In this document: positions 18,896 through 29,957 of the stretch, one piece after another
How the letters are laid out: every line of letters begins with the position of its first letter
Numbering within the stretch: the first letter of the stretch is position 1
Origin: Negativicutes bacterium
GTDB taxonomy: Bacteria; Bacillota; Negativicutes; UBA1444
Length of the DNA stretch: 64,000 nucleotides
Assembly: GCA_963665275.2 (NCBI GenBank)
Contig: CAXXIN010000003.1
Location: forward strand, 1 to 64,000
Direction: 5' to 3'
The notes under the pieces: model-generated
Told to the model about the DNA's origin: nothing
The model's database searches: none
Seen by the model: the letters and a program-made list of their open reading frames with translations, nothing else
Made by a program: the position numbers and the translations under genes

Positions 18896-19921
18896 TCACA
18901 TTCCGGCTTTAAAATCGCCAACCAGCCTTTGAACGGCTTCTTCCGGCGTTGCCCAGGAGGTGACCAAGCGAATCGACGAGTGCTCCCCATCAATTTTTGA
19001 CCAAATATAAAACGCATATTTTTCCTGCAGCCTGGCAATCAGCGTGTTGGGCAGAATGGGAAAAATCTGATTGGAAGGTGAATCAACCAAAAACTCGAAT
19101 CCAGCTTGCTTGATCGCCTCTCGCAGCAACTCCGCCATCTCATTGGCGTGTCTGGCCAGATCAAAATAAAGGTCGTCACGGAACAGTTCCAGAAACTGAA
19201 GCCCCAGAACTTGGCCCTTGGCCAGCAACGCTCCTTTTTGCTTCATATGATAGCGAAAATCAGCCTTGAGTTCCTCACGGTTGATGACCAAGGCTTCGCC
19301 GAGCAGTGCGCCATTCTTGGTGCCGCCTATGTAAAAAACATCAACCAGGCGAGGCAAATCTGAGAGCGCCAAATCATTTCCGTCCGCACACAACGCGCTG
19401 CCCAATCGGGCGCCATCCAGGTACAGGTATAGATTGTTTTCCTGACATATCTGGCTGATGGCCGCTAATTCAGATTTGGTATAAATCGTGCCCACCTCTG
19501 TAGGGTTTGAAATGTACACCAGACGCGGTTTTACCATATGCTCGTCCTCATGAGCATCGACAACGGTTTTGATGAATTCCGGCTTCAGTTTGCCATCACC
19601 AACCTCGATGGAAATGATTTTATGCCCTGTGGCCTCGATCGCACCTGTCTCATGCACCAGAATATGTCCGGTATTCGCCGCAATCGCCGCTTCATGGGGA
19701 CGCAAAAAGGCAGACAGCGCAGTGAGGTTCGTCTGCGTTCCGCCAGAGAGAAAATGGATATCAACCGACTGACAATCGAGCTTCGACTTCAACAATTCAA
19801 CTGCCTGCTTCGAATAACAATCTTCGCCATACCCGTCAACCTGCTCGAAATTTACCTCTGTCAGCGCCTTTAGAATCTGGGGATGCGCCCCTTCGCTATA
19901 GTCATTCTTAAAGCTATACAT
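18896..19921 (-). CDS. ltaE: Low-specificity L-threonine aldolase
   Basis: SFKNDYSEGAHP, GGTQTN, HETGA, LDGARL, GGTKNG (PLP Lys). Confidence 0.92.
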   Translation of the reverse strand: MYSFKNDYSEGAHPQILKALTEVNFEQVDGYGEDCYSKQAVELLKSKLDCQSVDIHFLSGGTQTNLTALSAFLRPHEAAIAANTGHILVHETGAIEATGHKIISIEVGDGKLKPEFIKTVVDAHEDEHMVKPRLVYISNPTEVGTIYTKSELAAISQICQENNLYLYLDGARLGSALCADGNDLALSDLPRLVDVFYIGGTKNGALLGEALVINREELKADFRYHMKQKGALLAKGQVLGLQFLELFRDDLYFDLARHANEMAELLREAIKQAGFEFLVDSPSNQIFPILPNTLIARLQEKYAFYIWSKIDGEHSSIRLVTSWATPEEAVQRLVGDFKAGM

Positions 19922-20140
19922 ATCCGATCTTCTCCTATCGCTTTCGCCAAAATGAATAAATTTGCCATCATGTCAACATCTGTTCAATCATCGACTGAAA
20001 TTTGGATAGCATCGTATTATTTTACCACATTAAAAAATCCACCCGCGTAATGGGTGGAGTCAGACTGTAGACTATTGATGCATATGCGGGTGGAATATCA
20101 AGCAGACGACAAGCCCTCTCCGCGAATTATAAGTTAGGCG

Positions 20141-21328
20141 TTACCGCTTCTCTACCAGCTGTTGGAGATGCAGCGCTCCGTTTACCATCATGACAACGCC
20201 CATTTCAAAGGCATCTTCATCCAGCAGATACTTCGTGTTATGCCCTGGGAAAATGCAGCCTTTCTCCGGATTTTTTATTCCCAAGTACATAAAGCACCCC
20301 GGAACCTTTTCCAAGTAATAGGAAAAATCTTCCCCGCCCATACTGGGATCAATCGACACGGCAGTTCCCGAGCCGTAGATCGCATCGGCCATCTCACGCA
20401 TCGCCTCCACATGAACAGGCGTATTAACAGTAGAGGGGTATCCCCACGTGTAATCCACAGTTGCGGTGCATTCTTCCGATTCACTCAGTTTCGCTGAAAT
20501 CGCGCAGATTCGCTCATAAATTTTTTGCCTGTTTTCTGTCGTATACGTGCGCACTGTTCCGCCAATCGTCACCGTATCGGGAATAATATTATCGGCAGTC
20601 CCGCCATTAATTCTGGTCACAGAGACAACCGCCTGTTCCAGCGGATTAATAGCCCGAGAAACAATTTGCTGCATTGCCGTCACAATCTGAACGGCAACAG
20701 GAACGGGATCAATGCACAGATTCGGACTGGAGGCATGTCCGCCTCTGCCGCTTACGACAATCTCAAAGCAGTCCGAATTGGCTGACGAAGGTCCTGCCAA
20801 AAGTCCTACATGCCCCACATCAACAATGGAAGAGACGTGTTGGCCGAGGATCGCATCCACCCCGTCCAACACATTGGCTTTGACCATCTCAATGGCGCCT
20901 CCGGGCGGCTGTTCCTCTGCAGGCTGGAAAACAAACACAAACGACCCTTTCAGCGATTTTTGGTTTTTGCTCAAAACGTTCAGCACACCGAGCAACATGG
21001 CCGTATGCGCATCATGGCCACACGCGTGCATGACCCCCTCATTGCGGGAAGCATATTCCAAACCTGTCAATTCAGGCATCTTTAACGCATCAATATCTGC
21101 TCTGAGAGCAATGGTCGGACCCGGATCGGCCCCTATTAACCGGGCAACGAGCCCAGTCGGAGTTGGCCGGGTTATTTCCAAGTTCCCCAACTTTTCAATT
21201 TCACGAATCAACAATTGCGTAGTTTCAAATTCAGTGAACGAACTTTCCGGATACTGATGGAGGTGACGCCGCCAGGCAACAACCTGCGGCAAAACGTTCT
21301 TGATGTCTTGCTCAAACATTCGTTTCAC
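20141..21328 (-). CDS. M20D family amidohydrolase
   Basis: RRHLHQYPE, LRADIDAL, MHACGHDAH, QPAEE, GGEDF. Confidence 0.93.
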   Translation of the reverse strand: MKRMFEQDIKNVLPQVVAWRRHLHQYPESSFTEFETTQLLIREIEKLGNLEITRPTPTGLVARLIGADPGPTIALRADIDALKMPELTGLEYASRNEGVMHACGHDAHTAMLLGVLNVLSKNQKSLKGSFVFVFQPAEEQPPGGAIEMVKANVLDGVDAILGQHVSSIVDVGHVGLLAGPSSANSDCFEIVVSGRGGHASSPNLCIDPVPVAVQIVTAMQQIVSRAINPLEQAVVSVTRINGGTADNIIPDTVTIGGTVRTYTTENRQKIYERICAISAKLSESEECTATVDYTWGYPSTVNTPVHVEAMREMADAIYGSGTAVSIDPSMGGEDFSYYLEKVPGCFMYLGIKNPEKGCIFPGHNTKYLLDEDAFEMGVVMMVNGALHLQQLVEKR

Positions 21329-22526
21329 AACGAGCCTCCTCCCCTTTTTTTTCTACCAACTGCTGAAAGCGAATAGCCGCGTTCAGCATGATTGAAATCC
21401 CTATGGGAAAAGAGTCTTCATCAATACGGAACTTTGTGTTGTGCGCAGGATAAACACAATCCAGGTCTTCATTTTTTATCCCCAAAAAGAAAAAGCACCC
21501 CGGAACCTTTTGCAAATAATAGCCGAAATCCTCCCCGCCCATAAGAGGCTCCATCAGTTCAGTCGTATTGGGGCCATACAACTCATCGGCCACCTCCATA
21601 AGGGCATGGGCATATTCGTCAGTATTATACACATTGTCATAGCCATACTGATAGTCATACTCGATCTTCATTTCAAAGGCTTCCGCATATTTTTCAGCAA
21701 TCTGCTCGATCAGTTTTTTCACCAATTCGCGTTTTTCTGGTGAATAGGTCCGCACAGACCCTTTGATGACCGCTGAATCCGGAATAATATTATAAGCAGT
21801 TCCGCTATGAAACTGAGTAACACTCAAAACCACATGATCCTTCGCCGGAAAGTGTCTGGCGACAATATCCTGCAACGCTGTAACAATCTGCGCGCCAATT
21901 GGAATGGGGTCCCGACATACTTGCGGAGATGACGCGTGGCCGCCGCAGCCAATGACGGTTAAGTCAAATGCATCGCTGTTGGCCATGATATAGCCAGGGC
22001 GAGTTCCGATATGTCCGACATTGATATGCGCTCCCACATGCTGTCCGATAATCGCATCTACATCGTCAAGAACTCCTTTGGCAATAAGTTCCTTGGCTCC
22101 GCCAGGGAAAAATTCCTCGGCGGCTTGGAAAATGAACACAAAAGAACCCGCCAAATTTTTCCGGTGCTCGCATAATACATAAAGCGCCCCCAACAGCATC
22201 GCGGTATGCGCATCGTGGCCGCAAGCATGCATTATTCCTTCATGTTGGGACGCAAACGGCGCGCCGTTGCTCTCGGACATGCGCAAAGCATCGATGTCGG
22301 CCCGCAAGGCAATCACCGGTCCAGGCTTGCCGCCGTTTAGTCGGGCCACAACCCCTGTAGAGGATACTCTTTCATAGCTAAGGTCACTCAAGTCTTTCAA
22401 CTGTTCAATAATATACTCAGTGGTTTTAAATTCTTCAAAAGATGGCTCCGGATACTGGTGAAAATGGCGCCGCCACTCTGTTACTTTCGGTATTATTGCT
22501 TCTACGCTTCGCTTGAATAGTTCCAT
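21312..22526 (-). CDS. M20D family amidohydrolase (tandem paralog)
   Basis: RRHFHQYPE, RADIDAL, MHACGHDAH, QAAEE, GGEDF. Confidence 0.93.
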   Translation of the reverse strand: MELFKRSVEAIIPKVTEWRRHFHQYPEPSFEEFKTTEYIIEQLKDLSDLSYERVSSTGVVARLNGGKPGPVIALRADIDALRMSESNGAPFASQHEGIMHACGHDAHTAMLLGALYVLCEHRKNLAGSFVFIFQAAEEFFPGGAKELIAKGVLDDVDAIIGQHVGAHINVGHIGTRPGYIMANSDAFDLTVIGCGGHASSPQVCRDPIPIGAQIVTALQDIVARHFPAKDHVVLSVTQFHSGTAYNIIPDSAVIKGSVRTYSPEKRELVKKLIEQIAEKYAEAFEMKIEYDYQYGYDNVYNTDEYAHALMEVADELYGPNTTELMEPLMGGEDFGYYLQKVPGCFFFLGIKNEDLDCVYPAHNTKFRIDEDSFPIGISIMLNAAIRFQQLVEKKGEEARCETNV

Positions 22527-22579
22527 CCTATTGCACCTCAAGATTCGTAAATCGACGGACCCTTACCGCCGCACCCTGT

Positions 22580-23560
22580 TTAATTGGCCACTTGCAGTCT
22601 GGAAAAAGCTCGTTGTTCATACTGTGGCGCTTCCGCTTTTGAACAATATATCCAATGCTGCGGAGCAACTTCAAACATTCCGACTTCCGTCCCTGCAGGA
22701 TATTTATGCGTTGAAGTATCGTAATCCATGCGTCTTCGTTGTTTTTCCTTATGCAAATCCGTCAACGGCGATGCTGAAAGCAATGAAACCGTATAGGGAT
22801 GCAAGGGGCGAGCATAGAGTTCGTCCGACGGAGCCATTTCCAGAATCTTGCCGTCTTTCATTACAGCGATACGGTCGCTGATATATTTTACCATAGCCAG
22901 ATCATGAGCGATGAACAGATAAGTCATTTTTCTTTCTTGGCGAAGCTTAATCAGCAAATTGACAATCTGCGCCTGAATGGAAACATCCAGAGCCGATAGG
23001 CATTCATCTGCAATAATAAAATCAGGCCTGACGCACAAGGCTCTGGCAATACCGATACGTTGGCACTGACCGCCGGAAAATTCCGTCGGATAGCGGTTGG
23101 CATAACAGCGGTGAATTCCCACGATATCCAAGAGTTCGTTCACCTTCATGCTGACCTCTTCATCCGTTTTGCAAATGCCATGCAAGCGTAATGCATCGCC
23201 AATAATGTTCTTAACCGGGATACGCGGATTCAACGAGGCGAACGGATCCTGAAAGATCATCTGCATCGATTTGCGAAAATCCATTACCTCATTTTTTCCG
23301 TTCAATTTGCTGACATCCTGTCCTTTATAGGTTACTGTTCCAGAGGTAATCGATTCCAGCTTGATAATCGAGCGGCCGGTCGTGGATTTACCGCTTCCCG
23401 ATTCCCCGACCAGGCCCAAGGTTTCTCCCTTATAAATATCGAACGAGATGTCGTCTATGGCGCGTACTTCGTTCTTTTTTCCAGGATTAAATATTTTTTT
23501 CAAATTGCGTACTTGTAGGATTACTTCCCTATCCTCCTGCACAGGCGCAGACTTCGTCAT
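22580..23560 (-). CDS. oppF: Oligopeptide/dipeptide ABC ATPase (OppF-like)
   Basis: [25 protein letters not shown]. Confidence 0.9.
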   Translation of the reverse strand: MTKSAPVQEDREVILQVRNLKKIFNPGKKNEVRAIDDISFDIYKGETLGLVGESGSGKSTTGRSIIKLESITSGTVTYKGQDVSKLNGKNEVMDFRKSMQMIFQDPFASLNPRIPVKNIIGDALRLHGICKTDEEVSMKVNELLDIVGIHRCYANRYPTEFSGGQCQRIGIARALCVRPDFIIADECLSALDVSIQAQIVNLLIKLRQERKMTYLFIAHDLAMVKYISDRIAVMKDGKILEMAPSDELYARPLHPYTVSLLSASPLTDLHKEKQRRRMDYDTSTHKYPAGTEVGMFEVAPQHWIYCSKAEAPQYEQRAFSRLQVAN

Positions 23561-24620
23561 AAACGTTCACCCCCCCGACTTTTTTATACAAAGACTTAAA
23601 CGCAGCATAGCGCCGCAAAATTTCCGCCGGCGGATTAACTTTGGGAGCCGCCGGATGCAACAACCAGGTGGCGGCATAATGCGAATCACTCACTTTAAAA
23701 AACGGCGGCTTTTCTTCAAAATCAATCGCCAGAGCATAAGCATTTCTTGGCGCGAAAGCGTCCCCCGAGGGCATGTTCAGCAAGTTGGGCGGAGCTCCAG
23801 GGATACTATACAACACAGCATCCTGGGTATCGACAGAGGGCATGGAGCAAATCAGGCCCCAGGTATACGGATGTTGCGGATAGTAGAAAACTTCTTCGGC
23901 TGTACCTATTTCCACAATTCTACCCGCATACATAACGGCAACCCGGTCGGCGACATGCGCCACAACCCCTAAGTCATGCGTAATAAAAATTACGGACATA
24001 TTCAATTTTTGTTTCAATTCGTCAATTAGATCCAAAATCTGAGCTTGAATGGTTACGTCTAAAGCCGTGGTCGGTTCGTCAGCGATCAGAATGTCAGGCT
24101 TGCAAGCCAGCGCGAGCGCAATCATGACCCGTTGCCGCATCCCGCCGGAAAATTGATGCGGATAACATTTGCTGCTTTCCTCCGGGTTTCGTATGCCAAC
24201 AAGATTGATGAGATTGACCGCTTCCTGCATGGCATCCGCCTTGGACATTTTCTGATGGGTTACGATCGATTCTGCAATTTGCTTACCAACAGTCATTGTC
24301 GGATTCAGAGAAGTCATCGGGTCCTGAAAAATCATGGCAATTTTCTTGCCCCGGATTTTTTCCATCTCCTTTTCCGATAGTTTGAGCAAGTTTTGTCCCT
24401 GATAGATAACCTCGCCTTGTTCATACCGCGTATTGCCTTTTGGCAATACGCGGTTAATCGCTTTAACGGTTACAGATTTACCTGATCCTGACTCTCCGAC
24501 AATAGCAAGTGTCTCGCCTTTTATTAAATCGAAAGTGACCCCCTGCACGGCGGAAACTTTGCCGTCCAAAGTCTGAAACGAAATTGTTAAATCTTTGACG
24601 CTCAAAATCGTTTCTTTCAT
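23529..24620 (-). CDS. oppD: Oligopeptide/dipeptide ABC ATPase (OppD-like)
   Basis: [34 protein letters not shown]. Confidence 0.9.
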   Translation of the reverse strand: MKETILSVKDLTISFQTLDGKVSAVQGVTFDLIKGETLAIVGESGSGKSVTVKAINRVLPKGNTRYEQGEVIYQGQNLLKLSEKEMEKIRGKKIAMIFQDPMTSLNPTMTVGKQIAESIVTHQKMSKADAMQEAVNLINLVGIRNPEESSKCYPHQFSGGMRQRVMIALALACKPDILIADEPTTALDVTIQAQILDLIDELKQKLNMSVIFITHDLGVVAHVADRVAVMYAGRIVEIGTAEEVFYYPQHPYTWGLICSMPSVDTQDAVLYSIPGAPPNLLNMPSGDAFAPRNAYALAIDFEEKPPFFKVSDSHYAATWLLHPAAPKVNPPAEILRRYAAFKSLYKKVGGVNVYDEVCACAGG

Positions 24621-24657
24621 AATACGATTACCTCCTGAATCTTCTTTGGCGCCAACA

Positions 24658-26304
24658 TTACTTGCCATCCAGGCTCCATTCGTGAAGATTGGTTAAGGAG
24701 CCATCCCAGAAATCCTTGGTACCACCTTTGAGTTTCTTGCTTTGGCCGATAATATAGTCCGGTGAATACAAGCAGGTAATGAACTGCTGTTCTTTCATGT
24801 ATTTTTGAATTTCACTATAAGCAGTTTTACGTTGTGCTGCCGAAGTCAGGGCTGCCGCGTCAAGCATCATTTGGGTCAGCTTGGGATCGTCCGTATGGGC
24901 ATAGTTGTTGCTGCCGCCGGGAACAAAGTAAGAGCTGTAATCCGGGTCGACCGTTAGCCCGTAGCCGATTAAAATCATTTGATAATCGCCTTTTCTGGCT
25001 TTCCCGAGCAAGGTTGGAAAATCCATTTTTTGTTGTTTAACATTCAAGCCGATTGCTTTCAAGTCTTGTTGGATTAAATCTGCGGACTGCTCACGAAGCA
25101 CGTTGCCGATGGGAACGGACAAAATGATTTCTTTGGATGTATCAAAACCCGATTCCGCCAGTAATTGTTTCGCTTTCGCCGGATCATAAGGCAGCGGGGT
25201 TACGCTTGCATCATAAAAATCGCTGGCGGGAGTAAATAGCGTCGGCACAACCTGAGCGGTTCCTTTAAAGAGCTGGTCAACGATTTGTTTGCGATTGATA
25301 GCCGTGGTAACAGCCTGGCGAAATTTCACATTAAATTCCGGGAGACTATTATTGATATCCAGATTTTGATTCTGCAAAGCAGGCGCTGTTCGTACGACAA
25401 GATTGCTATCTTTTTTCAGCATATCCAGGTCTTTGATCGGGAGAATCCCGATGCCGCCGCCGGCAACCATCTGAATACCACCGGATTTCAATTCCGTAAC
25501 CAGATTGGTCCCATTCATAATACGGATGAAAATTTTCTTCAACTTAGGCACGCCTTGATAGTAGTCGGCATTTGCCGCATATTCGACATGATCGTTAGTT
25601 TTGTAGGTCACAAATTTAAACGGTCCACTTGTCACGCTAGGCTTGATCGACGCTTCAAAGCTGGAAATAGCAGTCGGGTCCGCTTTTTCAAACACATGCT
25701 TAGGTGCAATGAAAACTTCAAATCCCAGGAAGCTCTTCAAATAGTTCGGATCGACCGGTGTTTTGGTTTTCAGAGTCAAGGTACGGTCATCAACCACCTT
25801 TACCCCGGCAATCTCTTTTACGCCTTCCGGCAGTATCCCATCATCATTAACGCCTACCAGCATTTTAATATAGGATCTTTTCGAGGTTTCCACTTTGGGA
25901 TTGGCAATCGTATTCAGGGTAAACGCCACATCGTTGGCTGTAACGGGTTTTCCGTCAGTCCATTTTGCTTTTGGGTTAATTTTAATCGTAAAGTTTTGGT
26001 TGTCCTTGCTATCAAAGCTTTCGGCCAGCGCCGGAGTGAACTTGTTCGGTTCAGGCATACCAACCAGCGTGTCGTACATGAAACGAATGGCGTATTTCCC
26101 GGCGATGCCAGGATTCAAAAAGGGGTTAAAAAATTCCGGGGCATTCGCCATGCCGATATACAAAGTATCGGAGACGGCCTTTGCCGTTTCTTCCTTCTTG
26201 CCCTTGCTGCCGCAACCGCTTACCAAGGCCAGCGCCAATACCAGGGCAACTGTTAGAACCATCAGTCTTTTCGTTCGCATCCAATGCAGTAATTTCATTT
26301 TCAC
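24658..26304 (-). CDS. oppA: ABC family 5 substrate-binding lipoprotein (OppA/DppA-like)
   Basis: Lipobox VSGC; AKWTDGKPVTANDVAFT; SGPFK. Confidence 0.88.
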   Translation of the reverse strand: MKMKLLHWMRTKRLMVLTVALVLALALVSGCGSKGKKEETAKAVSDTLYIGMANAPEFFNPFLNPGIAGKYAIRFMYDTLVGMPEPNKFTPALAESFDSKDNQNFTIKINPKAKWTDGKPVTANDVAFTLNTIANPKVETSKRSYIKMLVGVNDDGILPEGVKEIAGVKVVDDRTLTLKTKTPVDPNYLKSFLGFEVFIAPKHVFEKADPTAISSFEASIKPSVTSGPFKFVTYKTNDHVEYAANADYYQGVPKLKKIFIRIMNGTNLVTELKSGGIQMVAGGGIGILPIKDLDMLKKDSNLVVRTAPALQNQNLDINNSLPEFNVKFRQAVTTAINRKQIVDQLFKGTAQVVPTLFTPASDFYDASVTPLPYDPAKAKQLLAESGFDTSKEIILSVPIGNVLREQSADLIQQDLKAIGLNVKQQKMDFPTLLGKARKGDYQMILIGYGLTVDPDYSSYFVPGGSNNYAHTDDPKLTQMMLDAAALTSAAQRKTAYSEIQKYMKEQQFITCLYSPDYIIGQSKKLKGGTKDFWDGSLTNLHEWSLDGK

Positions 26305-26376
26305 AAGCCCTCTTTCTTTTTTTATATCTTTTTATTCAGCATGTCCTGGCTTGCCATTGTATTTCATGGCTCGCCA

Positions 26377-27333
26377 TTATTTTGCGTCTCCGCCAATAGC
26401 TTCATTGAGCCCGTCGCCCAAGAAATTGATTGTCAACACCGCAATTAAAATAGCTATACCGGGCGGAATCCATCGCCACGGCTCTTCTGACAGCGTCGTA
26501 AGCGATTGCGCGCTCGTCAGCATATTACCCCAGCTGGAAGTAGGCGGTTGAACGCCCAAGCCGAGAAAACTTAGCGAAGCTTCCATCAAAATGGCAGAAG
26601 CGATTCCGAATGTCGCGTTGACAAAAATGGGCGATAAAACATTGGGCAAAATATGCCCAAATACAATTCGATACGGAGAATATCCAGTGACGATCGCCGA
26701 CGCAACATAATCCATTGACTTCACCTTTAATACTTCGCCACGAACCAAACGACAAATCGGCGGCCATCCCATAAACCCCATCACCAGCATCACCGTCATC
26801 ATATTGGGGCCAATCAGACTTACAATAACCATGATAATCATGAAATGCGGATACGCCATAAACACTTCTGTTATCCGCATAATCACACTATCCACCACAC
26901 CGCCAAAATAGCCGGACAAAAGCCCCAGTGCGATTCCGATCGAGGCATATATCAATACGGAACCAACACCAACAATCAACGATACTTGTGAACCGTAAAT
27001 CAGCCGGCTTAACACGTCGCGCCCTACATCGTCAGTACCCAAAAGATGAGTCGCTGATGGCGCCGCCGCAAAGGCGCCCACAGTCTTATTCGGATCAAAC
27101 GGGGAAAGAACAGGAGCCAGTATAGCCACCAATATGATGCCCAAAAATATAATCATGCCACCTAAAGCGACTTTGTTTCTGCAAAAGCGTCGCCATGTTA
27201 TTTTTCCCCAGGACTCCACCACTTCCTCTGCAACTTCTTGCTTTGGGGAACCCATTTCGTCACAAAGCGCTCCTGTCATCAACTCGCCCAATGCGCCGTT
27301 ACTACTTGCCAGCACAAATTTATCTGTATTCAT
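26377..27333 (-). CDS. oppC: ABC permease OppC-like
   Basis: HLLGTDDVGRDVLSRLIYG, EASLSFLGLG, NFLGDGL. Confidence 0.9.
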   Translation of the reverse strand: MNTDKFVLASSNGALGELMTGALCDEMGSPKQEVAEEVVESWGKITWRRFCRNKVALGGMIIFLGIILVAILAPVLSPFDPNKTVGAFAAAPSATHLLGTDDVGRDVLSRLIYGSQVSLIVGVGSVLIYASIGIALGLLSGYFGGVVDSVIMRITEVFMAYPHFMIIMVIVSLIGPNMMTVMLVMGFMGWPPICRLVRGEVLKVKSMDYVASAIVTGYSPYRIVFGHILPNVLSPIFVNATFGIASAILMEASLSFLGLGVQPPTSSWGNMLTSAQSLTTLSEEPWRWIPPGIAILIAVLTINFLGDGLNEAIGGDAK

Positions 27334-27344
27334 ACCAACGCACC

Positions 27345-28298
27345 TCACTTTTCATAACGAATACGGGGATCAATAACCGCATATAATATGTCTACCAACA
27401 AGTTCGTCAACAATACGGCAATTGCAGATAAAATAACGATGGACATCAAGATCGGATAGTCGCGGGAAAAAATGGACGCCACGGTCAAGGAACCGATCCC
27501 AGGCCACTGAAAAATTTGTTCCGTAATTACAGCCCCGCCGATGATTTTGGGCAAATCCGTTCCGATTACCGTAACAATGGGAATCAACGAATTGCGTAGT
27601 ACATGGGATCGCAATATCTGCCCACCGGACAATCCTTTGGAAACAGCCGTACGAATATAGTTTTGCTCCAAAACATCCAAAACGCTGGCTCTGACATAAC
27701 GAATCATATTCGCGGAAAACTGGGAAGCCATTACGATTACGGGTAATACCAAGTGCATAATTTGACTTCCGATATCATCCTCTTGACCCAGCACTGCCAT
27801 TCCGCCTGTCGGAAAAATATCGAGCTGCACAGCCAAAACATAGATTAGCGCCAGCCCTAAAAAGAACGGTGGAAACGATACATTGAAAAAAGTCCAGCCC
27901 ACAATAAACCGATCCAGAAACGAATTTTTGTTCAGCGCCGACACGATTCCCAGCGGAATTGCCGAAAGATAAGCCACAATTAAGCTTACACTCATCAAAA
28001 TCAACGTTGGGTTTAGGCGCTGCAAAATAATTTCGCCTACTGGGTGGCGATTGGTAAATGAAAATCCAAAATTCCCGCCCACAAAATTCTTAATCCATTC
28101 ATAGTATTGAATCACCCATGACTTATCCAGCCCCAATGCTATTCTGGTTGCCTCGATCTGTTCCTTGGTCATATCCGGGGAAACATACATATCAGCAGGA
28201 TCGCCAGGCGTTAGGTGTACAAGCACAAATGCACCTACCGAAATAAGAAGAAGAACCGGAATAGAAATTAGCAAACGATTTAAAACATAGCGTCCCAC
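27345..28298 (-). CDS. oppB: ABC permease OppB-like
   Basis: PGDPA, YIRTAVSKGL, EQIFQWPGIG, DPRIR. Confidence 0.9.
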   Translation of the reverse strand: MGRYVLNRLLISIPVLLLISVGAFVLVHLTPGDPADMYVSPDMTKEQIEATRIALGLDKSWVIQYYEWIKNFVGGNFGFSFTNRHPVGEIILQRLNPTLILMSVSLIVAYLSAIPLGIVSALNKNSFLDRFIVGWTFFNVSFPPFFLGLALIYVLAVQLDIFPTGGMAVLGQEDDIGSQIMHLVLPVIVMASQFSANMIRYVRASVLDVLEQNYIRTAVSKGLSGGQILRSHVLRNSLIPIVTVIGTDLPKIIGGAVITEQIFQWPGIGSLTVASIFSRDYPILMSIVILSAIAVLLTNLLVDILYAVIDPRIRYEK

Positions 28299-28481
28299 TT
28301 ACTGTCCCCCCTCTTGCAAAACTAATAATGTCGTCAGGATAAAATTCAAAAGAATCTCTCCTTAGCTATATAAAAGGCCGTTGTCCCTCCTTTCAGGTAT
28401 AAAAAAAAGCAATGGTGACTTCCGCACCATTGCTTGGAATATATTATCGCACCCATTGTTGCACTTGTCAATGCATAAATG

Positions 28482-29804
28482 TTACAGGTGAATCAGGCCC
28501 AACATCAGACAGGTCAATAGCCAGATCATCGACACTCCGATTGCCGGCAATAAACAACGCTTCTGCAAATCACCGAACTCGATCTTATTCAGACCAACCA
28601 GCAGATAAGTAGAAGGAACCAGCGGACTCAGAAGGTGGGCGCCTTGGCCAATCAACGCGGCACGTCCCATCTCTTCAGGAGAAATTCCATACGTTGCGGC
28701 CGCTTTGGCTAACACAGGCAATACGCCGAAATAGTAAGCATCATTGGTCAGGAAGAACGTCCCCGGCAAACTCATGAAAGCCGAAATGAAGGACATATGT
28801 GGACCCATGGAAGCAGGGATGGCCGCAATCAAAGCCTTTGCCATCGCATCCACCATTTTGCTGCCGCCCATAATTCCCATGAAAATGCCTGCAGCAAAAA
28901 CCATGGCAACCACCGGCATGGCATTGGCGCCATTAGCAACAATTCGAGCCTGCTGGTCTTTCAATTTCGGATAGTTAAGCATCAGCGCAAAGGCCGTACC
29001 CACCATAAATAGAATGTTCAAGGGCAGTAGGTTGGCCATCAGGGCAACCATCAGCAGCGCGGTAAGGCCGAGATTCGCCCAGAATCGGTCAGGGCGTTTC
29101 AGTTTGTCAGCTTCAGGATCTTCCGAAACCTGGACCTGCGCTGCAATCGCAGAATTGTCGAGTGTCATGACGCCCAGTCGCGCCCGTTCTTTCAGGCCCC
29201 ACCGATAAGCAACAAAGCAGACCCACAAACTGCCGAGGAACATTGCCGGAATCATGGGAGTGAAAACATCCCCCGAATCAACTTTCAACGACGCCAGAAC
29301 GCGGCCTGTCGGGCCTCCCCAAGGGATAATATTCATGACGCTGTTCTGCAGGACCGCGACTGAAGGCAAAATCAGAGGGTCCATCCCAAGACGCCGGTGC
29401 ACCGCCAACATGGCCGAACAAGTCACCATATAGGTAGTAGATCCATCGCCGTCCAGCGAGATGATTGCTGCCAACACAGCCGTCCCTACAGCAACTTTTA
29501 GCGGATCGCCATGCACAACCTTGAGTATTTTTTTGATCAGCGGGTCAAACAGACCGGCATCAATCATTACGCCGAAATAAAGAATCGCAAAGCAAATCAT
29601 AATACCGGTCGGAGCTACCTGTTTAACGCCATCCAAAGCCCATTTGCCAATCATTGCGAATTTGGCGCCGCCAGTGAAGGCCATCCCCACTGCAAATAGT
29701 AGCGGAATCAGGATCAGGGCTGTCATGGCAGACATTCTCTTGGACATGATCAGATACATGAAAACAACGACCATCAAAAACCCAAGGATTGCAAGTGTTG
29801 GCAT
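28482..29804 (-). CDS. CitMHS family citrate-metal/H+ symporter
   Basis: FGVMIDAGLFDP, SLDGDGSTT, PWGGPT, NDAYYFGVLP; adjacent to the cit operon. Confidence 0.92.
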   Translation of the reverse strand: MPTLAILGFLMVVVFMYLIMSKRMSAMTALILIPLLFAVGMAFTGGAKFAMIGKWALDGVKQVAPTGIMICFAILYFGVMIDAGLFDPLIKKILKVVHGDPLKVAVGTAVLAAIISLDGDGSTTYMVTCSAMLAVHRRLGMDPLILPSVAVLQNSVMNIIPWGGPTGRVLASLKVDSGDVFTPMIPAMFLGSLWVCFVAYRWGLKERARLGVMTLDNSAIAAQVQVSEDPEADKLKRPDRFWANLGLTALLMVALMANLLPLNILFMVGTAFALMLNYPKLKDQQARIVANGANAMPVVAMVFAAGIFMGIMGGSKMVDAMAKALIAAIPASMGPHMSFISAFMSLPGTFFLTNDAYYFGVLPVLAKAAATYGISPEEMGRAALIGQGAHLLSPLVPSTYLLVGLNKIEFGDLQKRCLLPAIGVSMIWLLTCLMLGLIHL

Positions 29805-29957
29805 AAAATTTTCATCCCCCCGCACGTTTTGTCTCAAGCCTTCGCAGCTTATTCGAAGACTTCTTATCGAATAAAGTATATGTCACTTTACGGGAAGATG
29901 TAAAATTCGAACTATTTATCACCAGACATCACTTTTCGCTATGGAGATGGATTTGCA

